Assembly (NCBI GenBank): GCA_963675525.2
Contig: CAXXSL010000013.1
Span: 184,253-248,252, forward strand
DNA length: 64,000 nt
Direction of reading: 5' to 3'
DNA from: Anaerohalosphaeraceae bacterium
GTDB taxonomy: Bacteria; Planctomycetota; Phycisphaerae; Sedimentisphaerales; Anaerohalosphaeraceae
A model generated the notes under the pieces. The model was not told the DNA's origin. It saw only the letters and a list, made by a program, of their open reading frames with translations, and ran no database searches. Shown in pieces: positions 8,697-18,789 of this stretch. How positions within the stretch are numbered: position 1 is the first letter of the stretch; each line of letters begins with the position of its first letter. A program made the position numbers and the translations under genes.

Positions 8697-10628
8697 ATGG
8701 GTAAGATCATTGGAATTGACTTGGGAACAACCAACTCAGTCGTAGCCGTCATGGAAGGCTCAGCGCCGAAGGTTCTGATCAACGCGTCCGGAGCCCGGTT
8801 GACCGCCTCCGTAGTCGGCTTCACTGAAAAAGGTGAACGCCTGGTCGGACAAACCGCCAAACACCAGCAGGTCACGAACCCGCAAAACACCGTTTATTCA
8901 ATCAAACGGTTTATGGGACGCCGCCACAAAGAAGTCAGCAGCGAAGAAAAGATCGTCCCTTACAAAATTACAGGTGGTGCTGACGAACTGGTCAAGGTCG
9001 ATGTCCGAGGTAAGGAATACACCCCGCCGGAGATTTCGGCCATGATTCTGCAGGACCTGAAAAAGACCGCCGAGGATTACCTCGGCGAAACCATTGAGCA
9101 GGCGGTCATTACCGTACCGGCCTACTTTAACGATGCCCAGCGCCAAGCCACCAAGGACGCCGGCAAGATCGCAGGCCTGAAGGTTGAACGCATCATCAAC
9201 GAACCGACTGCCGCGGCACTGGCATACGGACTGGAAAAAAAGAAAAACGAAAAAGTCGCCGTATTTGACTTCGGCGGCGGCACATTCGATATCTCGATCC
9301 TCGATATCGGCGATAACGTCTTTGAAGTACTCAGCACCAACGGCGATACACATCTCGGCGGTGACGACCTCGACGAATTGCTGATGAACTACCTGGCCGA
9401 TGAATTCAAAAAGACCGAAGGCATCGACCTGCGGACCGATCCGATGGCGCATCAGCGGCTGAAAGAGGCCGCTGAAAAGGCCAAATGTGAACTGAGCACG
9501 CAGGTCGAAACAGCCGTGAACCTGCCGTTTATCACAGCGGATGCTTCGGGCCCCAAACACCTGAATATCACCATTACTCGCAGCAAATTCGAGGCACTGG
9601 CCGAGCCGATCTTCGAGCGTCTGCGTCAGCCCTGCCTGAAAGCCATTCAGGACGCAAAGCTGAGTACCAGCCAAATCGCGGAAGTCCTGATGGTCGGCGG
9701 TTCAACCCGTATCCCGATGGTCCAGCAGATTGCCCAGGAGATCTTCGCTAAGGCCCCAAACAGAAGCATCAACCCGGACGAAGTGGTTGCAATGGGTGCA
9801 GCGGTTCAGGGCGCGGTGCTGGCAGGCGATGCCGGCGTCAAAGACATTCTGCTGTTGGACGTAACCCCCCTGTCGCTCGGTGTCGAGACACTGGGCGGCG
9901 TCTTAACCAAACTGATCGAACGCAACACCACGATCCCAACCAGCAAAAAGGAAGTCTTCTCGACCGCTGCCGACAGCCAGACCAGCGTGGATATCCACGT
10001 CCTGCAGGGCGAACGGGAATTTGCCCGCGACAACCGCACACTGGGCCGGTTCCAGTTAACGGATATCCCGCCCGCTCCGCGCGGTATGCCGCAGATTGAA
10101 GTCACATTCGACATTGACGCCAATGGCATTCTGAACGTCTCTGCCAAAGACCTTGGCACCGGAAAGGAACAGTCTATCAAAATTCAGTCCAGTTCGGGCC
10201 TAAGCGAAGACGAAGTCGAAAAGATGCAGAAAGACGCCGAGGCACACGCCGAAGAAGACAAAAAGCGTCGTGAGGTCGTCGATCTGAAAAACCAGGCCGA
10301 CCAATTGGTCTATTCGACCGAAAAAACCCTCAAAGAGCACGGCGAAAAGGTTTCCGCCGAGATTCGCGGAAACATTGAAAGTGCCCTGAACAATCTCAAG
10401 GAAGCCGCTAAAGGGGACGACGGCGAAGCCATCAAACGAACGATGGAGAAACTGGGAGAAGCCTCTCAGGAACTGGGTAAAGTTCTCTATGAAGAAGCTG
10501 CCAAACAGCAGGCCGCACCGGGTGGTGCAGCACCGGAAACCGATCCCGGCCAGGCACCCGAAGGCGAGGTCCGCAGAAAAGGCGATGATGATGTGATTGA
10601 CGCGGAATTTGAAGCAAAAGACAGCTAA
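8697..10628 (+). CDS. dnaK: Molecular chaperone DnaK (Hsp70)
   Basis: 643 aa with Hsp70 signatures [22 protein letters not shown] and [19 protein letters not shown]. Acidic C-terminal tail. Confidence 0.97.
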   Translation: MGKIIGIDLGTTNSVVAVMEGSAPKVLINASGARLTASVVGFTEKGERLVGQTAKHQQVTNPQNTVYSIKRFMGRRHKEVSSEEKIVPYKITGGADELVKVDVRGKEYTPPEISAMILQDLKKTAEDYLGETIEQAVITVPAYFNDAQRQATKDAGKIAGLKVERIINEPTAAALAYGLEKKKNEKVAVFDFGGGTFDISILDIGDNVFEVLSTNGDTHLGGDDLDELLMNYLADEFKKTEGIDLRTDPMAHQRLKEAAEKAKCELSTQVETAVNLPFITADASGPKHLNITITRSKFEALAEPIFERLRQPCLKAIQDAKLSTSQIAEVLMVGGSTRIPMVQQIAQEIFAKAPNRSINPDEVVAMGAAVQGAVLAGDAGVKDILLLDVTPLSLGVETLGGVLTKLIERNTTIPTSKKEVFSTAADSQTSVDIHVLQGEREFARDNRTLGRFQLTDIPPAPRGMPQIEVTFDIDANGILNVSAKDLGTGKEQSIKIQSSSGLSEDEVEKMQKDAEAHAEEDKKRREVVDLKNQADQLVYSTEKTLKEHGEKVSAEIRGNIESALNNLKEAAKGDDGEAIKRTMEKLGEASQELGKVLYEEAAKQQAAPGGAAPETDPGQAPEGEVRRKGDDDVIDAEFEAKDS

Positions 10629-10673
10629 GATTTGATTTCCTAATTCTGCTGCCAGTTTTACTCTGTTTTGAAG

Positions 10674-10708
10674 AGAGCCCCGTTTTACTATGGGGCTCTT
10701 TCTTTTTG
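10674..10708 (+). terminator. Rho-independent terminator after dnaK
   Basis: Stem AGAGCCCC (10674-10681) pairs with GGGGCTCT (10692-10699), followed by TTCTTTTT. Confidence 0.65.
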
Positions 10709-10860
10709 TACAACTCTCGATCAAGATCGCTCTTATTCTGACAAAATAAATCTTATAATTTTTCACTTCCGACCGATAAAATGTCCGCTCTTTTGTTGAC
10801 TTCCAACGTATAATGATGTTAAAGTGAACAAGTGAAAACCCCTTTTCAAGGAACAGAATT

Positions 10861-11238
10861 ATGGATTCAGGGACGATTAGTCTGAAAAAATCCGAAAATG
10901 GGTCGATGCGTCTTTATGTTTTCTCCCCCTCAAAGCACGACAGGCTCTATCAACTCCAAATGGAAACCCTCTCCGACCGCCTGCCAACCCTGACCGACCA
11001 CCAGATCACCATTGCCGAAGTCTTTGAGCATGAAACCGGACACATCGGCGAAGACGAACTGGGCGGAGAAAACTGCCATGGACTCCGGCAGCAGTTTCAT
11101 ATCATGCCCGGCCAGTTCAAAGTGGTTCTCGTCAGCGATTCGGCCGTCAAACTCAGTGCCGAGTCATGCATCTCTTGCGAAGAAGTCATCATGCGCATCG
11201 AAAACGAACCGCTCGAAACAAGATTTTCAGGCTTCTAA
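10861..11238 (+). CDS. Hypothetical protein (possibly DUF4174-like)
   Basis: 125-aa ORF. The pattern LYVFSPSKHDRLYQLQ...L..HQITIAEVF resembles DUF4174 from memory only. No catalytic motif. Confidence 0.4.
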   Translation: MDSGTISLKKSENGSMRLYVFSPSKHDRLYQLQMETLSDRLPTLTDHQITIAEVFEHETGHIGEDELGGENCHGLRQQFHIMPGQFKVVLVSDSAVKLSAESCISCEEVIMRIENEPLETRFSGF

Positions 11239-11408
11239 ACAAACTGTTTTGTCCTGTTGTATTACAAGCAAAACAGCGGTGTGGTAGTGTCGTTCCTTAT
11301 AATTCAAGACGCTATATGGCAACAATAATCCAGGTCGTTCACGCTATTGTATCAACAATCCCTGCAAAACCCAAAACTCAGTACTATTCTCGATAATTAT
11401 TTTTGGAA

Positions 11409-11437
11409 TTGTAACATTCGAACGTTTGTGGTAGAAT
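11409..11437 (+). promoter_or_regulatory. Sigma70-type promoter for the NifU-like gene
   Basis: TTGTAA (11409-11414), 17-nt spacer, then extended -10 TGgTAGAAT (11429-11437). Lies 40 nt upstream of the ATG. Confidence 0.45.
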
Positions 11438-11476
11438 CCCCGAAATTCAGAGATTAACCTATTCAGGAGATAGATT

Positions 11477-11734
11477 ATGTGTGATAGTTGTGGGTGTGGG
11501 GAAAAAAGCTTTGAAGCCAAGGTCGCCGAAGTCATTGAATCCATCCGTCCGATGCTGCAGAATGACGGGGGAGACATTGAACTGGTCGGTGTTGACGAGG
11601 ATAAAACCGTTCGTGTTCGCCTGCAGGGAGCCTGCAAAGGCTGCCCCGGTGCTGCGATGACGCTGAAGATGGGCGTCGAGCGCATGCTCAAACAACACAT
11701 CAGCGATGTCAAAGAAGTAGTGGCAGTGAATTAG
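11477..11734 (+). CDS. NifU-like (Nfu C-terminal domain) Fe-S cluster carrier protein
   Basis: 85 aa. IRPMLQNDGGDIELVGVD...VRLQGACKGCPGAAMTLKMGVE is the NifU C-terminal CxxC signature. Confidence 0.85.
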   Translation: MCDSCGCGEKSFEAKVAEVIESIRPMLQNDGGDIELVGVDEDKTVRVRLQGACKGCPGAAMTLKMGVERMLKQHISDVKEVVAVN

Positions 11735-11837
11735 TCTGACACGAGCGAGGCAGATTCAGCACAAATCACAAATATGTGTCCAATCTATATACATAATACT
11801 ATCTATGCAAATAACTGTAGGAAATAATTTGTAGATT

Positions 11838-13565
11838 GTGTTATCAGTTCACGGAGGTTTTTTGACGCGTTCCGTATCTCATAAAAAAGTAAAAAAGGAA
11901 GACACGGTTGCTCCCCCTGAAATACGGGGCCGGTTGTTCACTCGAAAAGATGCTTTACTCATTTTGATCGTCGTATTAATAAGTTTGACACTCAATTTGA
12001 TAGGGTTCGGATGGGGGATGGATGGACAGGTACCCTGGGAACCCGACGCAATAGAAGGTATTACAACCGTTCGAGAAATGCCAAAGTTATTTGATAAATG
12101 GACTTATAAATACCCGCGCATGCAGTTTTTGATTGACGGACTTTGTTATAAGCCCTGGATCAAACATTGGGAAAAGAACCCTGTCTATGCGCAAAATAAC
12201 GGCCGCCAACAAAAGCAGATCTTTACTTTGGAGAGATTAAATGTATTAGCCGCAATATCAAGAATCAATACTCTGCTGATGTCCATTATTATCGTTATAT
12301 TTATCTATCTGATCGCCAAATTTTATTATGCCGACTCACTCTCTGCCTTTTTTGCTTCATTGTCCCTTGCTGTCTGTTTCCTGTTCGTTTATTACAGCCA
12401 CATGACATGTGTTGACATTCCCTCGATGCTGTGGATCACCCTGGGGGTTTATTATCTAATCAGAAGCGTCTATCTGAACAAGATATTCGACCATGTTCTC
12501 ATGGCACTGTTTTTCGCTTTTGCATCCTGCACCAAGGACGCAATGCTTTTTTATGCCGTTGCCTTTGCAATAGCTTATGCGGGAATGCAACTGCATCGCC
12601 TTCACGAGCAGGGAACCTCTTTGAGCAGGTCTCTATATTCGATCGTCAACAGAAATACGGTACTGGCGATTATCATGTTTTTGTTTATTTTTGCGCTATT
12701 ACAAAATATAGTTATTTCTCCAAAGGCCTACTGGGAGCGTATGGGCGTCTGGATCGGAGGACGCGGGGTTAAGGATTTTAACCAAAACTTCAAAGGGCAG
12801 TGGCATCTTCTCTGGACGACGTTAAAGATGTTTTATGCGACAATCGGCTGGCCTTTAATTGCGTTGATGCTGATCTCCCTGGTCTACACGATTCGAAAAC
12901 ATCGTTTTTTTAACGTATTGATCATCCTGTTTCCGCTGGCCTTTTTTTATATCTTCGTTTCGATGCGGATCAAGATGTCGTTTATACGATATTATCTGCC
13001 GGTGATGGGATTGTTGTTTCTTCCGGCCGGAGCAATGATTTCTGACATCCTTGCCATTGAAAAGAAACGATTATCCAGAGTTTTAATATCACTCGTGTCG
13101 GTCGTTTTCGTTTTATCATTCCTTTTTTGCATTGCACTGGATTTCGAATTGATCAATGACTCCAGAAATCTGACCGCGGATTGGTTTAAAGCCAATGTTA
13201 GCAAAAACACACCGGTTCTTTCGCTAATCAAACGACCTTACGGTCCAAATCTGGAAAAGCATGGATATCCGATGATTGAAAATTGGAATGTCCCGTCCCT
13301 GGGGATATTGCTTCAAAACAAGGAACGTCTTCCAAATTATCTGGTCCTATCCAACAATTGGTCCACGATCAACTCAAAAGAAGCAATGGAATTCAGAAAT
13401 GCGCTGCTTAAAGATGAAGGCGGGTATTTAAAAGTCGCTCAATTCAGCAGCAAAGGTTATCTGAATCCTCGGAAAAACTTCTTGTCTGTTGCTTGCTGGC
13501 CGCTGAAATCGTATCTCGGTATCAGTCCGGCAACGATGGTCTACAAAAAAGATTCGCAACCGTAG
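11838..13565 (+). CDS. Polytopic membrane protein, GT-C fold (ArnT/PMT, GT39-like) glycosyltransferase, tentative
   Basis: 575 aa (GTG start in the track) with more than 10 hydrophobic segments and a C-terminal soluble domain. Architecture resembles ArnT/PMT family enzymes. The family call rests on architecture only. Confidence 0.5.
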   Translation: MLSVHGGFLTRSVSHKKVKKEDTVAPPEIRGRLFTRKDALLILIVVLISLTLNLIGFGWGMDGQVPWEPDAIEGITTVREMPKLFDKWTYKYPRMQFLIDGLCYKPWIKHWEKNPVYAQNNGRQQKQIFTLERLNVLAAISRINTLLMSIIIVIFIYLIAKFYYADSLSAFFASLSLAVCFLFVYYSHMTCVDIPSMLWITLGVYYLIRSVYLNKIFDHVLMALFFAFASCTKDAMLFYAVAFAIAYAGMQLHRLHEQGTSLSRSLYSIVNRNTVLAIIMFLFIFALLQNIVISPKAYWERMGVWIGGRGVKDFNQNFKGQWHLLWTTLKMFYATIGWPLIALMLISLVYTIRKHRFFNVLIILFPLAFFYIFVSMRIKMSFIRYYLPVMGLLFLPAGAMISDILAIEKKRLSRVLISLVSVVFVLSFLFCIALDFELINDSRNLTADWFKANVSKNTPVLSLIKRPYGPNLEKHGYPMIENWNVPSLGILLQNKERLPNYLVLSNNWSTINSKEAMEFRNALLKDEGGYLKVAQFSSKGYLNPRKNFLSVACWPLKSYLGISPATMVYKKDSQP

Positions 13566-13575
13566 ATGGCCGGTT

Positions 13576-14640
13576 CTAATTACTCAATATCGACAGGATT
13601 GTTTCTCTGTTCGGCCGCTCGATGACTCCCTTTTCGGTAATGATCGCGGTAATATTTTCGGCCCCGGTCACATCGAAGGCCGGATTGTAGACATTGATCC
13701 CCTCCGGGGCGACGATCGCTTGTCCAAAAGCACGGACCTCATCGGCACTGCGTTCTTCTATGGGGATTTGGGTGCCGTTTTCAATCGACAGATCGAATGT
13801 GCTGGACGGAGCCGCAATATAAAATGGGATACCGTAGTGTTTGGCCAGGATACTCAGTCCCAGCGTGCCGATCTTATTGGCCGCATCCCCGTTGGCGGCG
13901 ATGCGGTCGGCTCCGGTGATGACCGTATCGATCTTGCCCTGTTGCATCAGCGAGGCGGCCATATTGTCGCAAATCAGAACCGCATTGATCCCGGCTTGGG
14001 TCAGTTCCCACGCCGTCAGCCGTGCTCCCTGCAGCAAGGGGCGGGTTTCATCAACATACACCCTGAATCGTTTGCCGTCTTTATGAGCGACATACATCGG
14101 CGCCAGTGCCGTTCCCATCCCCGCCGTGGCCAGCGCTCCGGCGTTACAATGCGTCAGCACCGCCCCGCCATCCGGAATCAACGGCGCGCCGTTTTGACCG
14201 ATGGCCTCGCACATCGCCTTGTCTTCGGCACAGATCGCATGGGCTTCTTCGAGCAGGCACTGCTTAAGGGATTCAACGGTCCTGTCGGGATCTTGACCAA
14301 CAAACGCTTCGGCTTTTCGCCGCATACGATCCAGAGCCCAGAACAGATTCACTGCCGTAGGTCGACTTGTGCCCAGGTAGTCACATGCCTTGCCGATTGT
14401 TTCAAGCGATTTTGAAAGGGACAACTCCGGTGACATTTGCTGTGCGGCAATACATACCCCATACCCTGCGGCCACACCAATAGCCGGGGCACCGCGAACA
14501 GCGAGGGTCTGTATCGCTTCAAAGAGCTGCTCCGGCGTGGTGCATTGAACTGTTTGAAACTGACCGGGGAGCAACCGCTGATCGATCAGTTCCAGACAAC
14601 CGTCCGTGCCGCCAATCCATTTGAGTGTATCAAACTGCAT
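13576..14640 (-). CDS. mtnA: S-methyl-5-thioribose-1-phosphate isomerase
   Basis: 354 aa, eIF-2B alpha/beta/delta family. N-terminus LKW..G.LELIDQRLLP and VRGAPAIGVAAGYG are typical of MtnA. Confidence 0.9.
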   Translation of the reverse strand: MQFDTLKWIGGTDGCLELIDQRLLPGQFQTVQCTTPEQLFEAIQTLAVRGAPAIGVAAGYGVCIAAQQMSPELSLSKSLETIGKACDYLGTSRPTAVNLFWALDRMRRKAEAFVGQDPDRTVESLKQCLLEEAHAICAEDKAMCEAIGQNGAPLIPDGGAVLTHCNAGALATAGMGTALAPMYVAHKDGKRFRVYVDETRPLLQGARLTAWELTQAGINAVLICDNMAASLMQQGKIDTVITGADRIAANGDAANKIGTLGLSILAKHYGIPFYIAAPSSTFDLSIENGTQIPIEERSADEVRAFGQAIVAPEGINVYNPAFDVTGAENITAIITEKGVIERPNRETILSILSN

Positions 14641-14752
14641 ATAACACCCCGAATCATCTGAATTATTTCACGTAATGTTCTGATATTGAATGTATTATGC
14701 GAAAGATTCCATGAAAATCAAGGATCGAGATGCTTTCAATCCAAATATACCC

Positions 14753-16281
14753 TTAATATTTTCTGTCCAGACGGCGGTACTGGATCGCCTCGGCAATATG
14801 ATCGGGCTGGATATGCTCCTGATTTTCAATGTCGGCAATCGTCCGGGCAACCTTGCAGATCTTATCGTGGGCACGGGCCGAAAGCGAAAACTCCATCAGC
14901 GCCTGCCGAAGTAATTGCTCGGCGCTGTCGCTGAGCTGGCAGAACTTTTCGACCTGCCGGTGAGGCATGGTCGCATTGGTTTTGGTGCTGTCGCCAAACC
15001 GCTGGAACTGTCTTTGGCGGGCCCTGTCAACATGGCCGCGTAACTGCTCCGAACCGGTACCGTTATGACCCCGACTGCGAAGTTTGCGAAACTCCACCGG
15101 CGGCACCTCGATATGGATATCGATCCGGTCCAGCAGTGGACCGGATATCTTGGCCAGATATCGCTCGATCTGATTCGGTGTGCAGCGGCACTTTTTCGCA
15201 TACGTCCCGAAGTATCCGCACGGACAGGGATTCATCGCCGCCATCATGATAAACTGAGCCGGAAAACACAGCGTTCCTCTCGCGCGGGAGATCGTCACGG
15301 TTCCCTCCTCCAGCGGCTGACGGATCATCTCGAGCACATGACGAGGAAACTCGGCAAACTCATCCAGGAACAGGATGCCGTGATGGGCCAGGCTCAACTC
15401 ACCCGGGCGTGGATGCGTACCGCCGCCAACCAATGCCGGACCGGACGCGGTATGGTGCGGGGTTCGAACCGGCCGGGCCGCAACCAGCGCGTTACCCTTC
15501 TGCAAAAGACCGACGGACGAATAGATACGTGTCGTCTGAAGCGATTCGGACAGCGTCATTTGCGGCAGGATCGTCGCCATCCGGTGCGCCAGCATCGTTT
15601 TGCCAACTCCCGGCGGGCCGATCATCATCACATTATGCGCCCCGGCCGCGGCAATCGTTAACGCCCGCTTAACACTTTCCTGGCCCTTTACATCAGAAAA
15701 ATCCACCTCGTATTCTTTCGTTCGGTCGAACAGGGCCTCGACATCGACACTGACCGCCTCAATATCAAGCCTCTCCGACAAAAATGCCACAGCCTGAGCC
15801 AACGAGCCGATTGCGTACACCTCAATATCCTGAACGACTGCCGCCTCCGACGCATTATCCAACGGCACCAGAATCCCCCTAAAACCATGCTTGGCCGCAG
15901 TCATCGCCATACTGAGTACCCCGTTGACGGGACGAACCCGGCCATCCAGCGCTAATTCACCGACGACCACAAAATCACCCAGTTTGTCGCTGACCATCGC
16001 CCCGGAACAGACCAGCATTCCCAATGCGATCGGCAGATCAAAAGCAGGACCTTCTTTTTTGACATCGGCAGGTGCCAAATTGATGAGGGCTTCGGTGTCG
16101 GGATAACGAAATCCGGAATTGACGATGGCACTGCGAACACGTTCGGCACTTTCCTTGACCGCGGCATCCGGCAGACCAACAATTGTCGCCGGTCAAAACC
16201 GCCCCGTGAAACATCTACCTCTACCTCGCAGAGAAGCCCTTCAATTCCTTCCAATGTCACCGAAAACAGCTTTGCCAGCAT
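14753..16281 (-). pseudogene. comM: Mg-chelatase-like ATPase ComM/YifB, reading frame broken once
   Basis: Two track ORFs (15952-16281 and 14753-16078) together encode a ComM/YifB protein. N-terminus MLAKLFSVTLEGIEGLLCEVEVDVSRGG, then after a shift near 16191-16200 PATIVGLPDAAVKESAERVRSAIVNSGFRYPDTEALINLAPADVKKEGPAFDLPIALGML. Walker A GPPGVGKT downstream. Confidence 0.8.
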
Positions 16282-16426
16282 GAATCACCTCTTCTTTCGC
16301 CCTTAATACTACGTGTATGATAATCAGGATTATAGGAAACCACTCCTGACCCGGCAAGGTTTTTTCGCGAAAATGTCCCTGCCGGATAATCCAGTGTATT
16401 AGAAAATGGAAATGTTTGGCTGCTGC

Positions 16427-16795
16427 CTACCTGTTTCTGTAATGTGCCATGTATTGTGTGATCTTCATATTTTCATTGAGGATCAGCACCACCGCCACAT
16501 AAATACCGGTCGTCGAGTCAAAGCAGACAACGATACTTTCCGCCCCGGCGAAAACCTCTCCCAAGGTAAAATGCAGGTTCGGCGAGCGCTTCAGTGCCGC
16601 CGCAAAAAATTCTCTTAATTCGTCCTTGTCCTTGATGGCATGAGAAACCGAACCAAACAGCATCGTTAATTTAGGTGTGATATGGCAGATCGAGTCCGCG
16701 TAAAGGGCCATAATCCTGTCAATATCGTGACTGTTCCATGAATCGATCCACTCTTCAGCATACCGCTGAGCTTCTTTCGGGTCTATCATATCCAC
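16427..16795 (-). CDS. SnoaL-like / NTF2-fold protein
   Basis: 122 aa. WIDSWNSHDIDRIMALYADS is a typical SnoaL/NTF2-like N-terminal pattern. Confidence 0.6.
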   Translation of the reverse strand: MDMIDPKEAQRYAEEWIDSWNSHDIDRIMALYADSICHITPKLTMLFGSVSHAIKDKDELREFFAAALKRSPNLHFTLGEVFAGAESIVVCFDSTTGIYVAVVLILNENMKITQYMAHYRNR

Positions 16796-17048
16796 AACTC
16801 CATAAATCGGATTTCGTGTGAGATTCCGTTCTTCATGCGACGAGACAGTATAGTCTCCTGACAGCCCGGCTTCAATGTTCGATGCCTCAAAAAGTCAAAA
16901 AATGTTCTTTTGAAGCTTATTAAACAAAAATAAGGCTTTTTTATGCGTTGATTAAGGATTGAAAATAACTAAAAATTGCCTTCACAGTACTGATATTCGC
17001 TTTTTTTAAAAAAACTTGCAAAAAAGTCTTAATTTCTAAAGTTTTTCA

Positions 17049-17077
17049 TTGGCATGAAACGATATTAACAGTATAAT
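17049..17077 (+). promoter_or_regulatory. Near-consensus sigma70 promoter (orphan)
   Basis: TTGGCA (17049-17054), exactly 17-nt spacer, TATAAT (17072-17077). No protein gene downstream on this strand. Confidence 0.5.
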
Positions 17078-17083
17078 AAGCGT

Positions 17084-17221
17084 TGGATTTATAGCTCTTT
17101 TTCTTCTTATAGCTCTATGTGTTTCTTCGGAAGCTGGGCCTGTCAGATCGATATTTGTGATATATTTGTTTAACGTAAGACAGCTCAGTAAAGCCGGTAT
17201 TGCAAAATACCGGCTTTTTTT
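17084..17221 (+). ncRNA. Candidate small RNA (about 135-140 nt) bounded by promoter and intrinsic terminator
   Basis: Starts about 7 nt after the TATAAT box. Ends at a perfect 11-bp hairpin AAGCCGGTATT-GCAA-AATACCGGCTT (17191-17216) followed by T7 (17215-17221). Lies between two minus-strand genes. No Rfam family recognised by eye. Confidence 0.35.
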
Positions 17222-17311
17222 CTGCGCACAGGAAGCTCTATTTCGATATTCAGGGAACGGCCCATCCAAGATGTACACTCGCACTACAGAATATCACATG
17301 CACACTAACCG

Positions 17312-17533
17312 CTAAGAGGCAGCTTTTTTTCGTTCGGATGTAACAACCGCTGCCAAAAGGATATGACGAAGCTTTTCGACGTCCAGGCTTTTCAGGTACT
17401 CTTCTGTAAAGTCCATTCTTATCAACCCGTCAAAATGCAGCAGGCGTTCAATAATTTCAGTCTTATTTAATGAGGTTATATATGCACAATACTGTTCAAA
17501 CGACAGACTCGGGGCCATGGTTTTCCACTCCAA
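17312..17533 (-). CDS. Small hypothetical protein
   Basis: 73-aa ORF with no motif recognised. Coding status uncertain. Confidence 0.35.
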   Translation of the reverse strand: MEWKTMAPSLSFEQYCAYITSLNKTEIIERLLHFDGLIRMDFTEEYLKSLDVEKLRHILLAAVVTSERKKAAS

Positions 17534-17712
17534 AATAAAATCCTGTATCCATTGGGAGTATCGGAAATTTTCAATACGTCATTTACGTCTTTCTAAATAA
17601 AATTTAGCGAATGTTTCCAACCGCGGCCGCTCTACTTATATCTACGTTAACCGATTCTTTCGGGTCAGACATTTCCTTTGAAAACAGCCGCCAAGTCTGT
17701 TATTTTCGGGTC

Positions 17713-18765
17713 ATGAAAACAGACGACCTCAAATACGACCTGCCGGAAGAACTGATCGCCCAGTCGCCCGCCTCAAAAGCGTAAACTGTCGCGGTTGCTG
17801 GTTGTGGACCGCTCACAGGACTCGCTGTCGGACTGCCTTTTCAGCGATCTGCCCGACTATCTCAGGAGCGGCGATTGCCTGGTGCTCAATAATACCAAGG
17901 TGCTCCCGGCTCGATTCTATGCGCAAAAGCCGACGGGCGCTCAACTTGAGGGGCTGTTCCTGGTTGAAGAGGCTCCCGGAACGTGGCAGGTGTTGTTGAA
18001 AAACTCGCGGAAGATCAGGTCCGGCGATACGCTTGAACTGCTGGACCGCCATCACAAGCCGTGGTGTGTCGGGCTGTCGCGCACAAAAGCCAAACGCCGG
18101 GACAGTGGCTGCTGCAGCCCCAAACAAAAACGGATGCATTGAGCTGCCTGGAGCAAATCGGGCTTGCTCCCCTCCCGCCATATATCAAACGCACTGCCGA
18201 CGATGCGCATCTTCAGGAAGACCTGGATCGTTATCAGACCGTTTATGCCGCCCAGCCCGGCGCGGTGGCCGCGCCGACCGCGGGCCTGCATTTTGACAAA
18301 GCGATGTTGGAGCAAATTCAGCAGATGGGTGTTCGGATCGCCTATGTCACCCTGCACGTCGGCATCGGCACCTTCCGGCCGGTGCAAACCGAAACGCTGG
18401 ACGAACACCCCATGCACGAGGAACGCTACGAGATCGCCCCGGTCGCCGCCGAAACGATCAATCGGACCGTTCAGGCAGACGGACGGATCATCGCTGTCGG
18501 TACCACATCCGTCCGGACACTCGAATCGGTCGCTGCAGATCAAAGCGTCCGAGCCGAAAAAGGAAAGACAAAATTATTCATCCAGCCGGGGTATGAATAC
18601 AAGATCGTCGATGCCATGGTCACCAATTTCCACCTGCCCAAATCAACCCTGCTGGCATTGGTCGGTGCTTTCGCCGGAATGGACAGAACCCAGAACGCCT
18701 ACCGCCACGCCATCGAAAACAAGTACCGCTTCTACTCCTACGGTGACGCCATGCTTATCCTGTAA
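17713..18765 (+). pseudogene. queA: S-adenosylmethionine:tRNA ribosyltransferase-isomerase QueA, frame broken twice
   Basis: ATG 17713 gives MKTDDLKYDLPEELIAQSPASK, then TAA at 17782. Removing one A from the A-run 17775-17778 restores ...SKRKLSRLLVVDRSQDS (ORF 17795-18142). A second shift near 18059-18064 joins to ORF 18061-18765 (PLPPYIKR, GAVAAPTAGLHF, AVGTTSVRTLES, VTNFHLPKSTLL, YRFYSYGDAMLI). Confidence 0.85.
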
Positions 18766-18789
18766 TGGGTAAAAATTGTTTAAACAGCA

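Noticed and set aside
16796-17040. Housekeeping RNAs (tmRNA, RNase P RNA, SRP RNA, 6S RNA) in this spacer and in the other large spacers (27627-27934, 31170-31841, 37183-37573, 51318-51611, 53580-53773).
   Set aside because: None of the conserved cores I know was seen: the SRP GGAAGCAGCC-type motif, the RNase P GGGAAAGTCCGGGCT-type motif, or the tmRNA tRNA-like ends. Only tRNA-Pro at 45289-45363 could be folded.
17036-17284. 82-aa minus-strand ORF in the AT-rich spacer, and the 18-codon Cys-rich ORF at 17117-17173 on the plus strand.
   Set aside because: The 82-aa ORF runs antisense through a consensus promoter and a perfect terminator and has an atypical composition. The 18-codon ORF lacks a Shine-Dalgarno sequence, so it is mentioned only under the sRNA candidate.
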